64,000 bases of DNA from the NCBI GenBank assembly GCA_963719225.1, contig CAVRAY010000001.1, positions 1,312,001 through 1,376,000 on the forward strand. Reading direction: 5' to 3'. This DNA comes from Thermoanaerobaculia bacterium (GTDB taxonomy: Bacteria; Acidobacteriota; Thermoanaerobaculia; UBA5066). The notes beneath the pieces are model-generated. The model was not told the DNA's origin and searched no databases. It saw only the letters and a list, made by a program, of their open reading frames with translations. The translations under genes and the position numbers were made by a program. Shown one piece after another: positions 48,630 to 58,382 of the stretch; the stretch's first letter is position 1, and every line of letters starts with the position of its first letter.

Positions 48630-49322
48630 ATGAAGGCCTCCGACGATTCGATCTGGGAGTTCGGGGCCTTTCGCCTGGACGCCCGAGAGCACGTTCTTCT
48701 CAGAGCCGGGACAGAAATCTGCCTGACCCCGAAGGTCTTCGATGCGCTCGTGCTCCTGGTCCGGCGCTCCGGGGAGCTGCTGGATCGCGAGGGGCTGCTC
48801 AGGATGCTCTGGCCCGGCACGATCGTCACCGATGCGACGCTGACCCAGACGATCTGGCTCCTCCGAAAGGCGCTCGGAGACGTGAGCGAGGGCGGCGAGC
48901 TCATCGAGACGGTGCCGCGCGTCGGCTATCGCTTCGTCGGCGCCGTGAGGCGGCGGCCGCGCCCCGCCGGCTCGATCCGGTCGCCGGAGGAGCTTGGCGA
49001 GTGTTACCTTCACCGCGATCGCGAGAAGTTCCGGCTGGTCAAGGGCGAAAACGTCGTGGGCCGGGATCCGGACGCGGCGTTCCAGGTCGACCTCGACACC
49101 GTCTCCCGCCGGCACGCGCGGATCCTTCTGACAGGGGATACCGCGGTGCTCGAGGATCTCGGGAGCAAGAACGGTACGTTCGTGCGCGGCATGCGCATCG
49201 GCGCTCCAACCACGCTCGCGGACCGCGACGTGATCCTCCTGGGTGAAGTCGCGCTCCTTTTTCGGACGTCGCCGCGAAGCGCCACGACGAGATCGGCGGT
49301 CCGCCGGCCCGGCCGATCATAG
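48630..49322 (+). CDS. OmpR/CadC-type winged-helix regulator fused to an FHA domain
   Basis: FGAFRLD, LTPK, LRKAL, IETVPRVGYRF; FHA motifs VGR, VSRRHA, SKNGT. Confidence 0.9.
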   Translation: MKASDDSIWEFGAFRLDAREHVLLRAGTEICLTPKVFDALVLLVRRSGELLDREGLLRMLWPGTIVTDATLTQTIWLLRKALGDVSEGGELIETVPRVGYRFVGAVRRRPRPAGSIRSPEELGECYLHRDREKFRLVKGENVVGRDPDAAFQVDLDTVSRRHARILLTGDTAVLEDLGSKNGTFVRGMRIGAPTTLADRDVILLGEVALLFRTSPRSATTRSAVRRPGRS

Positions 49323-49340
49323 AATGAGACTCCTCCTAAC

Positions 49341-52017
49341 TTGACGCTCGCACCAGGTTCGAAGCTCGGCCCGTACGAAATCCTCTCGCCCCTCGGTGCC
49401 GGCGGAATGGGAGAGGTTTACAGAGCCCGTGACGCGCGCCTCGGTCGCGAGGTTGCGGTCAAGGTCCTGCCGGAAGAATTCTTCGAAGACAAGGAACGGG
49501 TCACCCGCTTCGAAAGGGAAGCGAAGCTGCTTGCGGCGCTGAATCACCCGAACATCGCGGCCGTCTATTCATTCGAAGAAATCCCCGGTTCTCCGGGGTC
49601 TCCTGGTTCCTCCAGCCGTCACCTGCTCGTCATGGAGCTCGTGGCGGGCGACACGCTGCGCGAGCGGATGCGAGACGGGGCGCTGCCGGCGCGCAAAGCC
49701 GTGGAGATCGCCGTTCAGATCGCGGAGGGCCTGGCCGCCGCGCACGAGAAAGGGATCGTCCACCGGGACCTCAAGCCCGAGAACATCGTCCTGTCGAGAG
49801 ACGGCCGGGTCAAGATCCTCGACTTTGGCCTCGCGAAGCTCTTGCCGCGGGCCACCGCCGGTGACGACCCCACATCGGCCGGGACGCGGTCGCTTCTCAC
49901 GGAAGCCGGAACCGTGTTCGGGACCGTAAGCTACATGTCGCCGGAGCAGGTGTTCGGAGAGCCCGTCGACGGGCGCTCCGACATCTTCACCTTCGGGACG
50001 ATCCTCTACGAGCTGCTCTCGGGGACGAACCCCTTCCGGTCCGCGACGTCCGCCGAGACGATGACGGCGATCCTCAGGCACGAGCCGCCGCCGCTTTCGG
50101 AGCCGCCGCTCGCCGTGGCGCCGGCGCTCTCGGAGATCGTCGCGCGCTGCCTCGACAAGAGGCCGGAAAAGCGCTTTCAGACGGCGGAGGATCTCGCCTT
50201 CGGCCTGGAGATGTCGTCAGGCGCTTCGCTCTCGGCGGCGCCTGTTACGGGCCGGCACCCGGGTCGCCGCGTCGTCTGGGCGGTCGCAGGAGCCTGTGTC
50301 GCCGGCCTAGTTCTCGGCGCCTCGGCCGCTTTTCTGCTGAGGAGCCACTCGCGCGTCGCGCCGGCGAAGTCCATCCGCTTCACGATTCCGCCCCCTGAGA
50401 ACGGCTCCTTCTCTTTTGGGATCGAGTCGACGAGCCTCGCCTTCTCGCCGGACGGATCGCAGCTCGCATACATTGCCTCGGATCCGAAAGTAGGGCGACG
50501 CATCTGGCTCCGGGCCCTGTCCGGCTTCGAGGCGCGGCCGCTGGCGGGCACTGAGGAAGCCTGGTCGGTTTTCTGGTCCCCCGGCGGGTCGTCGATCGGG
50601 TTCTTCGCCGAGAACAAGCTGAAGCGTCTCGACCTTCCGGGAGGTGCGCCCGTTTCGGTCTGCGAGGTCGCCGGTGGAAGCGGCAAGTCGGGCACCTGGG
50701 GACGCGGTGGCGACATCCTTTTCGCCAGCGCCCAGGGCGATGCGATCTATCGCGTCTCTGCGTCCGGCGGTACTCCGGCCGCCATTCTGAAGCCCGACGC
50801 CTCGGTCGGCGAAACGCGGGTCGTCTGGCCCTGGTTCCTGCCGGACGGCGAGAGGTTCCTCTATTACGCGCGCGTCTTGGGCGGAGGAAAAGTCATGCTG
50901 AAAGAGCCCGGACGGCCTCCGCGTCTCGTGCTGACCGCGGCCTCGATGGCTCAGTACTCCGACCCGGGCTATCTCGTTTTCGTGAAAGACGGCGTTCTCC
51001 TCGGCCAGCCGTTCGACGCGGGCAGCGGGCGTCTGTCGGGACGTCCGTTTTCGATCGCCGATCACGTCCGCTACTTCATGTCGACGGCCGCCGGGTCGTT
51101 CGCCACGTCTCGGGGGGGCACCCTCGCGTTTCAGCCGCAGAACGACGTCCATCGCCTCGTGTGGTTCGACCGGACGGGCCGTGAGCTCGGGACGATCGGG
51201 ATGCCCGCCGAATATCTCGGCGTCCGGATCCCGGCGGACGGCAGCCCCGTTCTCTTCGATCGCGCCCGAGCCGACCTCGGGACGTTCGACGTCTGGTCGT
51301 ACGACGTCGAACGAAACGTCGAGACGCGCGTGACGTCTTCGCCGGACAGCGAGTTCGCGGCAATCTGGCTTCCCCGGCGGAAAGAGCGTTCTTTTCTCGG
51401 CGGTGAGGGGGTCGCCCCCTCGTCTCGTGCGTCGGGACCTCGCGACGGGCACGGAGAAGGAGCTCCTCCCGGAGGGCGGCTTTCAGAACGTCGGTGACAT
51501 CTCGCCGGACGGCCGGACGCTCGTGTACTTCGAGAGGAGCGACAGGAGTCCCTTCGCAATGTGGGCGCTTCCGCTCTCGGGGGAGGGAAAGCCGCGCCGC
51601 CTCCTCGAAGGGGCTTCCCTGGAGGACGATGCACGATTTTCGCCCGACGGCCGCTTCCTCGCGTTCATCTCCGGCGAGTCGGGGCAGCCCGAGGCCTACG
51701 TGATGCCGTTTCCGGGACCCGGGGAGAAGACACGGGTCTCGACGGGAGGCGCGAGCGTCGTGCGCTGGAGCCGAGACGGTCACGAGCTTCTCTACCTGGC
51801 CGGCGACCGGCGCATGACGTCGGTGCCGGTCAGGACCTACCCGTCGCTCCAGCTGGGTGCGTCCAAACCGCTTTTCGAGCTGAAGGGGCGGTTGAGCTGG
51901 ATCGCCTTCGATGTCTCCCCGGACGGCAAGCGTTTCCTCGCCGTGGTCCCGGAAGCGCTGGCCGACGATCTTCCCCTGAGCGTCGTCGTCAACTGGTCGT
52001 CCGACGTGGAGAAGTAG
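49341..52017 (+). pseudogene. Ser/Thr kinase with TM and TolB/PD40 beta-propellers, single frameshift at 51372-51375
   Basis: GAGGMG, HRDLKPEN, DFG, FSPDG repeats. Removing one C joins ORFs 49341-51497 and 51403-52017 as WLPGGKSVLFS. Possibly a sequencing error. Confidence 0.85.
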
Positions 52018-52039
52018 CCCGCGGTATCCTCGATTCTTC

Positions 52040-54214
52040 ATGGCGCGCCGCTACTTCACGACCCCGATCTACTACGTCAACGACCGGCCCCACATCGGGC
52101 ATCTCTACACCACGGTCGTCACGGACACGCTTGCCCGTTATTTCCGCCTCGCGGGGGAGGACGTGCGTCTTCTGACCGGCACGGACGAGCACGGGCAAAA
52201 CATCGAGAAGGTCGCGAAGAAGGAGGGCGTCGCCCCCATCGTCGTGGCCGACCGGCACGCGCCGACGTTCCGGAACCTGTGGAAGGAGTTCGGGATCGCG
52301 AACGACGACTTCATCCGGACGACCGAGCCGAGGCACCGCGTGGGCGTCGAGGAGATCATCCGACGCATCGACGCGGCGGGCGACCTCTATACCGCCTCTC
52401 ACGAAGGCTGGTATTGCGCGCCGTGCGAGGCGTTCTACCCGGAGAAGGACCTCGTGGACGGCAAGTGCCCCGTCCACGGGACGACGCTCGAGCTGCAGAA
52501 GGAAGAGAACGTCTTCTTCCGCCTCTCACGTTATGCCGGCCGCCTCCTCGAGCTGTATGGCGCAAAGAACGCCGACGGTCAGCCGTTCGTCTATCCCGAG
52601 AGCCGTCTCAACGAGGTTCGATCGTTCGTGGAATCCGGTCTCAAGGATCTCTCGGTGTCGCGGACGTCCATCACGTGGGGCATCCCGTTCCCGGGCCGGC
52701 CGGGCCACGTCGTCTACGTGTGGCTCGACGCGCTCGTGAACTACATCACCGCGCTCGGATTCGGCTCGAAGGACGAGACGCTCTACGAACGCTACTGGCC
52801 GGGCATCCACGTGATCGGGAAGGACATCCTGAGGTTCCACGCGGTCTACTGGCCCGCGTTCCTCATGTCGGCAGGTCTCGACGTTCCGCGGCAGGTCGTG
52901 AGCCACGGCTGGTGGCTGCGCGACGCGAAGAAGATGTCCAAGTCCACGGGCAACGTCGTCAAGCCCGACGAGCTCGTCGCCGCGTTCGGCGTCGACGCGC
53001 TGCGCTGGCACCTCGTCTCGGCGATGTCGTTCGGGCAGGACGCGAGCTTCTCCGACGAGGACTTTCTCGCCGGGTACAACGCGGATCTCGCGAACGGAAT
53101 CGGGAACACGCTCTCGCGCGCGGTGAAGATGTCGAGGGATTTCTTCGAAGGTAGAACGCCGCCGGAGAGGGATTCGAAGAAAAATTCCTTCGAATGGCCG
53201 AAGACCGCCACGGATCGGATCGCGAGATGGCGCACGGCATTCGAGGGCTACCGCCTTCATGAGGCCGCCGGCGAGATCCGATCGTTCCTGCAGCTCGTGG
53301 ACAGCTACATCACGACCAACCAGCCGTGGCGCACCCCGGCAGATCTTTCGCTCGAAGAAATCTCCCGGTTCCGCTCGCACGTGCTTTTCGACTGCCTCGA
53401 AGCTCTGCGCATCGCGGCCTGCCTTCTCGCGCCCATCGCGCCGCGCGCCGCGACGGAGATCTTCCGACGTCTCGGCGTCGACAAGCGCGCAGAAGACGTC
53501 CGCGGAGCCGACCTCGCGTGGGGCCAGCTTCCGCTCAGCGCCCCGCTCCCGTCCGCGCCGCCGCTCTTTCCGAGGGCGGACGCGAAAGAATATTTTGCTT
53601 CCAGAGGCGAATCCACGGGCAGTGCCTCCAAGGAGAGATCAGTGGCAGACGAAAGGTCCGAAGGTTCTTCGAAAGGTGTGTCTCAGGCAGGTGCCGCGGC
53701 GGGCGGCGGGGCTGATGGTGGCGCATCGCCCGCGCCGTCGCCGGCGGCCGGCGGCAGCGCGGGCGCGCTGACAGCGCCCGAGGCTGGTCGTTCTTCTCTT
53801 AATTCCCCTTCTAAGCAAAATCCACCATCGCCATCCGCTCCACCGCAGCAGGCGACGACTCCTGCTTCGCCCGGCGCGTCCGAAAGCAAAATCCCAATCT
53901 CCGACTTCCTGAGGATCGACCTTCGCGTGGGAGAGGTGATCGCGGCGGAGAAGGTGGAAAAGTCGAAGAAGCTGATGAAGATGACGGTGAAGCTCGGCGA
54001 CGAGGTGCGGACGATCGTCGGCGGCATCGCGACCGCATACACGGCCGAGCAGCTCGTCGGGAAGAAGTTCGCCTTCGTCGCGAACCTTCAGCCCGCGAAG
54101 CTCATGGGCGTCGAGTCGAACGGCATGATCCTCGCCGCCACCTTCCCGGAGACCGGCGAGCCGTCGCTCCTCATGGTCGATCCCTCGGTGCCTTCGGGAG
54201 CGAAGGTCAAGTAG
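52040..54214 (+). CDS. metG: Methionine--tRNA ligase with C-terminal tRNA-binding domain
   Basis: TTPIYYVN, HIGH, GTDEHG, KMSKS, DLRVG...GVESNGMIL. Confidence 0.96.
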   Translation: MARRYFTTPIYYVNDRPHIGHLYTTVVTDTLARYFRLAGEDVRLLTGTDEHGQNIEKVAKKEGVAPIVVADRHAPTFRNLWKEFGIANDDFIRTTEPRHRVGVEEIIRRIDAAGDLYTASHEGWYCAPCEAFYPEKDLVDGKCPVHGTTLELQKEENVFFRLSRYAGRLLELYGAKNADGQPFVYPESRLNEVRSFVESGLKDLSVSRTSITWGIPFPGRPGHVVYVWLDALVNYITALGFGSKDETLYERYWPGIHVIGKDILRFHAVYWPAFLMSAGLDVPRQVVSHGWWLRDAKKMSKSTGNVVKPDELVAAFGVDALRWHLVSAMSFGQDASFSDEDFLAGYNADLANGIGNTLSRAVKMSRDFFEGRTPPERDSKKNSFEWPKTATDRIARWRTAFEGYRLHEAAGEIRSFLQLVDSYITTNQPWRTPADLSLEEISRFRSHVLFDCLEALRIAACLLAPIAPRAATEIFRRLGVDKRAEDVRGADLAWGQLPLSAPLPSAPPLFPRADAKEYFASRGESTGSASKERSVADERSEGSSKGVSQAGAAAGGGADGGASPAPSPAAGGSAGALTAPEAGRSSLNSPSKQNPPSPSAPPQQATTPASPGASESKIPISDFLRIDLRVGEVIAAEKVEKSKKLMKMTVKLGDEVRTIVGGIATAYTAEQLVGKKFAFVANLQPAKLMGVESNGMILAATFPETGEPSLLMVDPSVPSGAKVK
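53138..53822. repeat. Cluster of motif copies inside metG
   Basis: GATTTCTTCGAAGGTAG (core 53140) with TTCGAAGAAAAAT (53173); TTCCTTCGAATGG (53185) with CTCGAAGAAATC (53351); TTCTTCGAAAGGTG (53665) with CCCTTCTAAGCAAAATC (core 53809). Confidence 0.65.
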
Positions 54215-55039
54215 ATGGCCGAGTCCCACGGCGGCGACAACGACACCCACCGGCCTCCGCCGCCGTCGCCTCCCGTCCCGGCCGACCCGGCCGCGAAGGC
54301 GAACCTCGAGGCCAGCCTCGCGTCGCCGACGTACGCGCTGGCGCAGGAAGACCTCGTTTTCCTCGCGCACCGCCAGCTGCGGGGCGTGCGCCTCATGCTC
54401 GAGCTCGAGAAGGCCGACATGCAGATGGATCTGGAGGGGATCCGGACCACGATCGTCGTTTTCGGCGGCGCGCGGCTCAAGGAGGGGGACCGCTGGTACG
54501 CGGAGGCGCGAGAGTTCGGACGCATCGTCTCGACGAGCTGCCAGATGGACGGAGCGAGCGACTTCGTGATCACGACCGGCGGCGGCCCGGGTGCGATGGA
54601 GGCCGCGAACCGTGGTGCGTGGGACGCCGGCGCCAAGACCGTGGGCTTCAACATCCAGCTTCCGCACGAGCAGTGGCCGAACGCCTACATCACGCCCTCG
54701 CTCTGCTTCCGATTTCACTACTTCGGCATCCGCAAGATGCACCTCCTGATGCGCGCTCGTGCGCTCGTCGCGTTCCCGGGCGGCTACGGCACGCTGGACG
54801 AGCTCTTCGAAACGCTCACGCTCGTCCAGACCGGGAAGATGAAACGCGTCCCGATCGTCCTCGTGGGCCGCGCGTACTGGGAGAAGCTCATCAACTGGCA
54901 GCTCCTCGTCGACGAGGGCGGGATCGCGCCCGAGGACCTGAATCTCATTTCCTGGGCCGAGGGCGGCGCCGAGGCGTGGAACGCGATCGTGGACTTCTAC
55001 ATCCGGCATCCGGCGCCGCCCGGTTCGCGCCTGCGCTGA
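54215..55039 (+). CDS. LOG-family (TIGR00730) nucleotide phosphoribohydrolase
   Basis: TGGGPGAMEAANRGA, FHYFGIRKM, PGGYGTLDE. Confidence 0.9.
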   Translation: MAESHGGDNDTHRPPPPSPPVPADPAAKANLEASLASPTYALAQEDLVFLAHRQLRGVRLMLELEKADMQMDLEGIRTTIVVFGGARLKEGDRWYAEAREFGRIVSTSCQMDGASDFVITTGGGPGAMEAANRGAWDAGAKTVGFNIQLPHEQWPNAYITPSLCFRFHYFGIRKMHLLMRARALVAFPGGYGTLDELFETLTLVQTGKMKRVPIVLVGRAYWEKLINWQLLVDEGGIAPEDLNLISWAEGGAEAWNAIVDFYIRHPAPPGSRLR

Positions 55040-55052
55040 TGGCCCTCTTCGA

Positions 55053-55877
55053 ATGACCCCCGAGTACGCGGACTCGCACGGGCACCTCACGATGGTGTTC
55101 GAAGGCGGCGAGATGAAGGGCGCGCCGCGGGACGCGACCGCGGCCGAGGTGAAAGAGCTCGTGAACCGTGCGCGGGACGCCGGCGTCACGCGCATCCTCG
55201 TGCCCGGAACCCATCGCGGCGACCTGCGTCTGGCGGTCGACATCGCCGAGCGGTACGAGGGCGTCTTCGCCGCCGTCGGAATCCATCCGCACGAGGCGAA
55301 TGAGTTCGACGAGGACGGGGACCTGAAGATCTTCGAGGAGCTTTCGGCGTCGAAAAAGGTCGTCGCGGTCGGGGAGATCGGCCTCGACTACCACTACGAC
55401 CATTCTCCGAAGGAGGCACAGCGCTACGCGCTCGAGGCTCAACTGCGCTTCGCAATGGAGAAACGTCTGCCCGTCCTCCTTCACAACCGCGAATCCGAGC
55501 AGGACCTCCTTCCGATCCTCGAGAGTCTCGCGCCCGGCGACCCCGGGAATCTGCGAGGCGTCTTCCACTCCTTTTGCGCGGACGCGGCGACGGGGGAGCG
55601 GGCGCTCGCGCTCGGGTACCTCGTCAGCTTCTCGGGGATGCTCACGTTCAAGTCCGCCGAGAACGTCCGCGACGCGGCATCGGCCCTGCCGCTCGATTCG
55701 ATGCTCCTCGAAACGGACGCACCGTATCTCGCGCCCGCTCCGTTCCGGGGCAAGCCGAACGAGTCCTCGTTCCTGCCGAGGACGGCGGTGAGACTGGCCG
55801 AATTGAAAGGCGTGCCCGTCGAAGAGATCGCGCGCGTCACGACGGACAACTTCAAGCGGCTGTTCCGGGTGCCCTAG
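55053..55877 (+). CDS. tatD: TatD-family nuclease
   Basis: DSHGH, GIHPH, VGEIGLDY, HNR, ETDAPYL; follows metG. Confidence 0.92.
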   Translation: MTPEYADSHGHLTMVFEGGEMKGAPRDATAAEVKELVNRARDAGVTRILVPGTHRGDLRLAVDIAERYEGVFAAVGIHPHEANEFDEDGDLKIFEELSASKKVVAVGEIGLDYHYDHSPKEAQRYALEAQLRFAMEKRLPVLLHNRESEQDLLPILESLAPGDPGNLRGVFHSFCADAATGERALALGYLVSFSGMLTFKSAENVRDAASALPLDSMLLETDAPYLAPAPFRGKPNESSFLPRTAVRLAELKGVPVEEIARVTTDNFKRLFRVP

Positions 55878-55888
55878 AAACGGTTCCC

Positions 55889-56263
55889 ATGGCCCGCCCG
55901 CCGCGTCTCTCCCGCGCCGAGTTCGAGAAGCTGGTGGAAAAGGCGATCGAAGAGCTGCCGGAAGCGTTCCAGGAGCGCCTCGAGAACGTCGTCATCGCGG
56001 TCGAGGACGAGCCGACCGACGAGGACTACGAGCTCACGGACACGCCCGACGACGAAGACCTCTTCGGCATCTTCCGCGGACCGATGCGCACGGAGATGTC
56101 GTGGGACATGCTCCCCTCGCTCCCGCCGCAGGCCGTCGTCTTTCGCGGGCCCATCCTGCGCAACACAAAGAGCAGCCGGGAAGCCGTCAAGGAGATAAAG
56201 GACACTCTCGTCCACGAGCTCGGGCACTACTTCGGCCTCGAGGACGACGAGATGCCGTGTTGA
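55889..56263 (+). CDS. Minimal zincin metallopeptidase-like protein
   Basis: ENVVIAVED, HELGHYFG. Confidence 0.85.
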   Translation: MARPPRLSRAEFEKLVEKAIEELPEAFQERLENVVIAVEDEPTDEDYELTDTPDDEDLFGIFRGPMRTEMSWDMLPSLPPQAVVFRGPILRNTKSSREAVKEIKDTLVHELGHYFGLEDDEMPC

Positions 56264-56278
56264 GGGACCTCCTCTCTG

Positions 56279-56308
56279 CGTACGCTTTGAAGTACACTCA
56301 AACGTACG
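56279..56308 (+). promoter_or_regulatory. Probable TA autoregulatory operator
   Basis: CGTACG-C-TTTGA-N7-TCAAA-CGTACG palindrome; three GTAC at 12-bp spacing (56280, 56292, 56304). Confidence 0.6.
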
Positions 56309-56319
56309 AGAGGACTCCT

Positions 56320-56601
56320 ATGCGCCGAACGCACTTGAAAGAAGACGTTCACCCCATTTCCGAGTTTCGTTCCAATGCGGCCACTCTCGTCCGGAAAGTT
56401 AGGGAAAGCCGCCGGGCGCTCATCCTCACGCAGCGCGGACGTAGCGCGGCGGTCCTCCTCGATGCCGAAGACTACGAGGATCTTCTCGAGGAAATCGACA
56501 TCCTCCGCGACGTTCAGACGTCATTGAAGGAGCTCGAAGCCGGCAAGGGCGTCACTCACGCCAAAGCTCGCGACCAGGTTCTCAAGACACTTTCGCGGTG
56601 A
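56320..56601 (+). CDS. Phd/YefM antitoxin
   Basis: PISEFR, ILTQRGRSAAVLL, acidic C-terminus; overlaps the toxin start. Confidence 0.9.
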   Translation: MRRTHLKEDVHPISEFRSNAATLVRKVRESRRALILTQRGRSAAVLLDAEDYEDLLEEIDILRDVQTSLKELEAGKGVTHAKARDQVLKTLSR

Positions 56602-56897
56602 GAGTGAAATGGTCGCCCCTCGCGATCAAACGGGCGTCGGAAGCAGCTGCCTTCCTCGCTCGAGACAACCCCGAAGCCGCCGAACGGTGGACCAAGGAGC
56701 TCTTCGAGGCAGTCAAACGGCTCGAGAGCTTCCCGGAGTCGGGCCGCATGATTCCGGAAATCGGGCGACCCGAGTTCCGCGAGATCCAATACGGACGCTA
56801 TCGGGTTCTTTACCGCTTTCAGCGATCTGCGGTTTCGATTCTGACCGTACGACATGCCCGGCGACTATTCGATCCGACCGACGTGCGACCTCGCTAG
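56598..56897 (+). CDS. RelE/ParE-family toxin
   Basis: VKWSPLA, FPESGRMIPE, YRVLY, ILTVRHARR. Confidence 0.9.
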   Translation: MRVKWSPLAIKRASEAAAFLARDNPEAAERWTKELFEAVKRLESFPESGRMIPEIGRPEFREIQYGRYRVLYRFQRSAVSILTVRHARRLFDPTDVRPR

Positions 56898-56957
56898 CCT
56901 CTCGTGCGAAGCGCGTAACGCTAAACTAACGCGCTTGAAATTCCTTTCCGTCGAGTG

Positions 56958-56973
56958 GGGTCCGGAACTTGCA
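56958..56973 (+). promoter_or_regulatory. Possible sigma-54 promoter of mdtABC
   Basis: GGGTCCG-GAAC-TTGCA (GG-N10-GC); upstream palindrome AAGCGCGT-N12-ACGCGCTT at 56909-56936. Confidence 0.3.
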
Positions 56974-57017
56974 CCCCCGCTTCCTGCACCGGGGTCTGTC
57001 CCGGTCCCGAGGAACAA

Positions 57018-58382
57018 ATGAGCCCGATCGAGACCGAAGATCCCCCGGCCCTGCCCGCGGCGAAGCCGGTCGAAACGCCCGAAACACGCGCGCTACAGAA
57101 GACCGCGAAGGCGCTCCCGGAAGCTCACCGGCCGGAAGAAAAGCGGGACGAAAGGGACGCGAAGCCGCCCGACCAACCCTCCGGCAAGCCGCACCGGTGG
57201 CCGTGGATCGTGGGCGCCGTGGTCCTCGCGATCATCGCGATCATCTTTCTGGCGGGCGCTCGCAACAAGCGCGCCCAGCGCGAGGCGGACGCGAGGGCGC
57301 GTCCTAAAGCGGTGTCGGTCATGACCTCCGTCGCGCGCACGGGCGACATGCCGGTCTACCTCACGGGACTCGGAACCGTCACGGCGCTGAACACCGTCAC
57401 GGTGAGGAGCCGTGTCGACGGCCAGCTCCTGAACGTGGCCTACCGGGAAGGGGAGAACGTCCGGAAAGGCGACCTTTTGGCCGAGATCGACCCGCGCCCG
57501 TTCGAGGTGCAGCTCGCGCAGGCGGAAGGACAGAAGGCAAAGGACGAAGCAATCCTCAGGAACGCAAGGCTGGACCTGGAGCGCTATCGCATCCTGGCGG
57601 CGCAGGACGCGATTCCGAAGCAGCAGCTCGACACGCAGGCCGCCGCCGTCGCGCAGGGCGAAGCGGTGCTCATGACCGATCAAGCGCAGGTCGACGCCGC
57701 GCGGCTGAATCTCGTGTACACCCGCATCACGGCACCGATCAGCGGCCGCGCCGGGCTCCGCCTCGTCGACATCGGCAACATGGTGCACGCCGCAGATCCG
57801 AACGGCCTCGTCGTCCTCACGCAAGTGCAGCCCATTGCCGTCATCTTCACGCTGCCAGAGGACCAGCTCAACGCGGTGCGCGACCGGCTGCGCCAGGGCC
57901 GGAAGCTGCCTGTCGACGCGTTCGACCGCGACCTCAGGCACAAGCTCGGAACGGGCGAACTCGCGACGGTGGACAACCAGATCGACCCGGCGACGGGCAC
58001 GGTGAAGCTCAAGGCCATCTTTCAGAACTCAGACGACGGGCTCTTTCCGAACCAGTTCGTGAACCCGCGGCTCCTCATCGACACGTGGAAGGGCGTCGTC
58101 CTCGTGCCGAACGCCGCGATCCAGCGCAGCACGCAGTCCACGTTCGTCTTCGTCGTGAAAGAGGATCAGACCGTCGAGGCGCGCCCCGTCGAGGTGCGGC
58201 TGACGGAAGGCGACACGAGCGCGATCGCCAAAGGCATTGCCGCGGGCGAGACCGTGGTGACGGAAGGCGTCGACAAACTGCAGACCGGCGCGAAAGTGGA
58301 GACCGGAAAAGCCGGGGCGCCCGGTGCTCCCGCCGCGACCGCGCCGCAGACGAAGGGCGCCGCCGCCACCAGGAAGAAATGA
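57018..58382 (+). CDS. mdtA: RND membrane fusion protein MdtA
   Basis: [49 protein letters not shown]. Confidence 0.9.
   Translation: MSPIETEDPPALPAAKPVETPETRALQKTAKALPEAHRPEEKRDERDAKPPDQPSGKPHRWPWIVGAVVLAIIAIIFLAGARNKRAQREADARARPKAVSVMTSVARTGDMPVYLTGLGTVTALNTVTVRSRVDGQLLNVAYREGENVRKGDLLAEIDPRPFEVQLAQAEGQKAKDEAILRNARLDLERYRILAAQDAIPKQQLDTQAAAVAQGEAVLMTDQAQVDAARLNLVYTRITAPISGRAGLRLVDIGNMVHAADPNGLVVLTQVQPIAVIFTLPEDQLNAVRDRLRQGRKLPVDAFDRDLRHKLGTGELATVDNQIDPATGTVKLKAIFQNSDDGLFPNQFVNPRLLIDTWKGVVLVPNAAIQRSTQSTFVFVVKEDQTVEARPVEVRLTEGDTSAIAKGIAAGETVVTEGVDKLQTGAKVETGKAGAPGAPAATAPQTKGAAATRKK

Noticed and set aside
17875-53822. The recurrent motif as a CRISPR array or a single MITE family
   Set aside because: Copies are dispersed and inverted, with spacers of variable length and unrelated sequence. 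No cas genes or target duplications were seen.
56964-56998. ECF sigma promoter GGAACTT...GTCT before mdtA
   Set aside because: The spacing of about 23 bp is too long.
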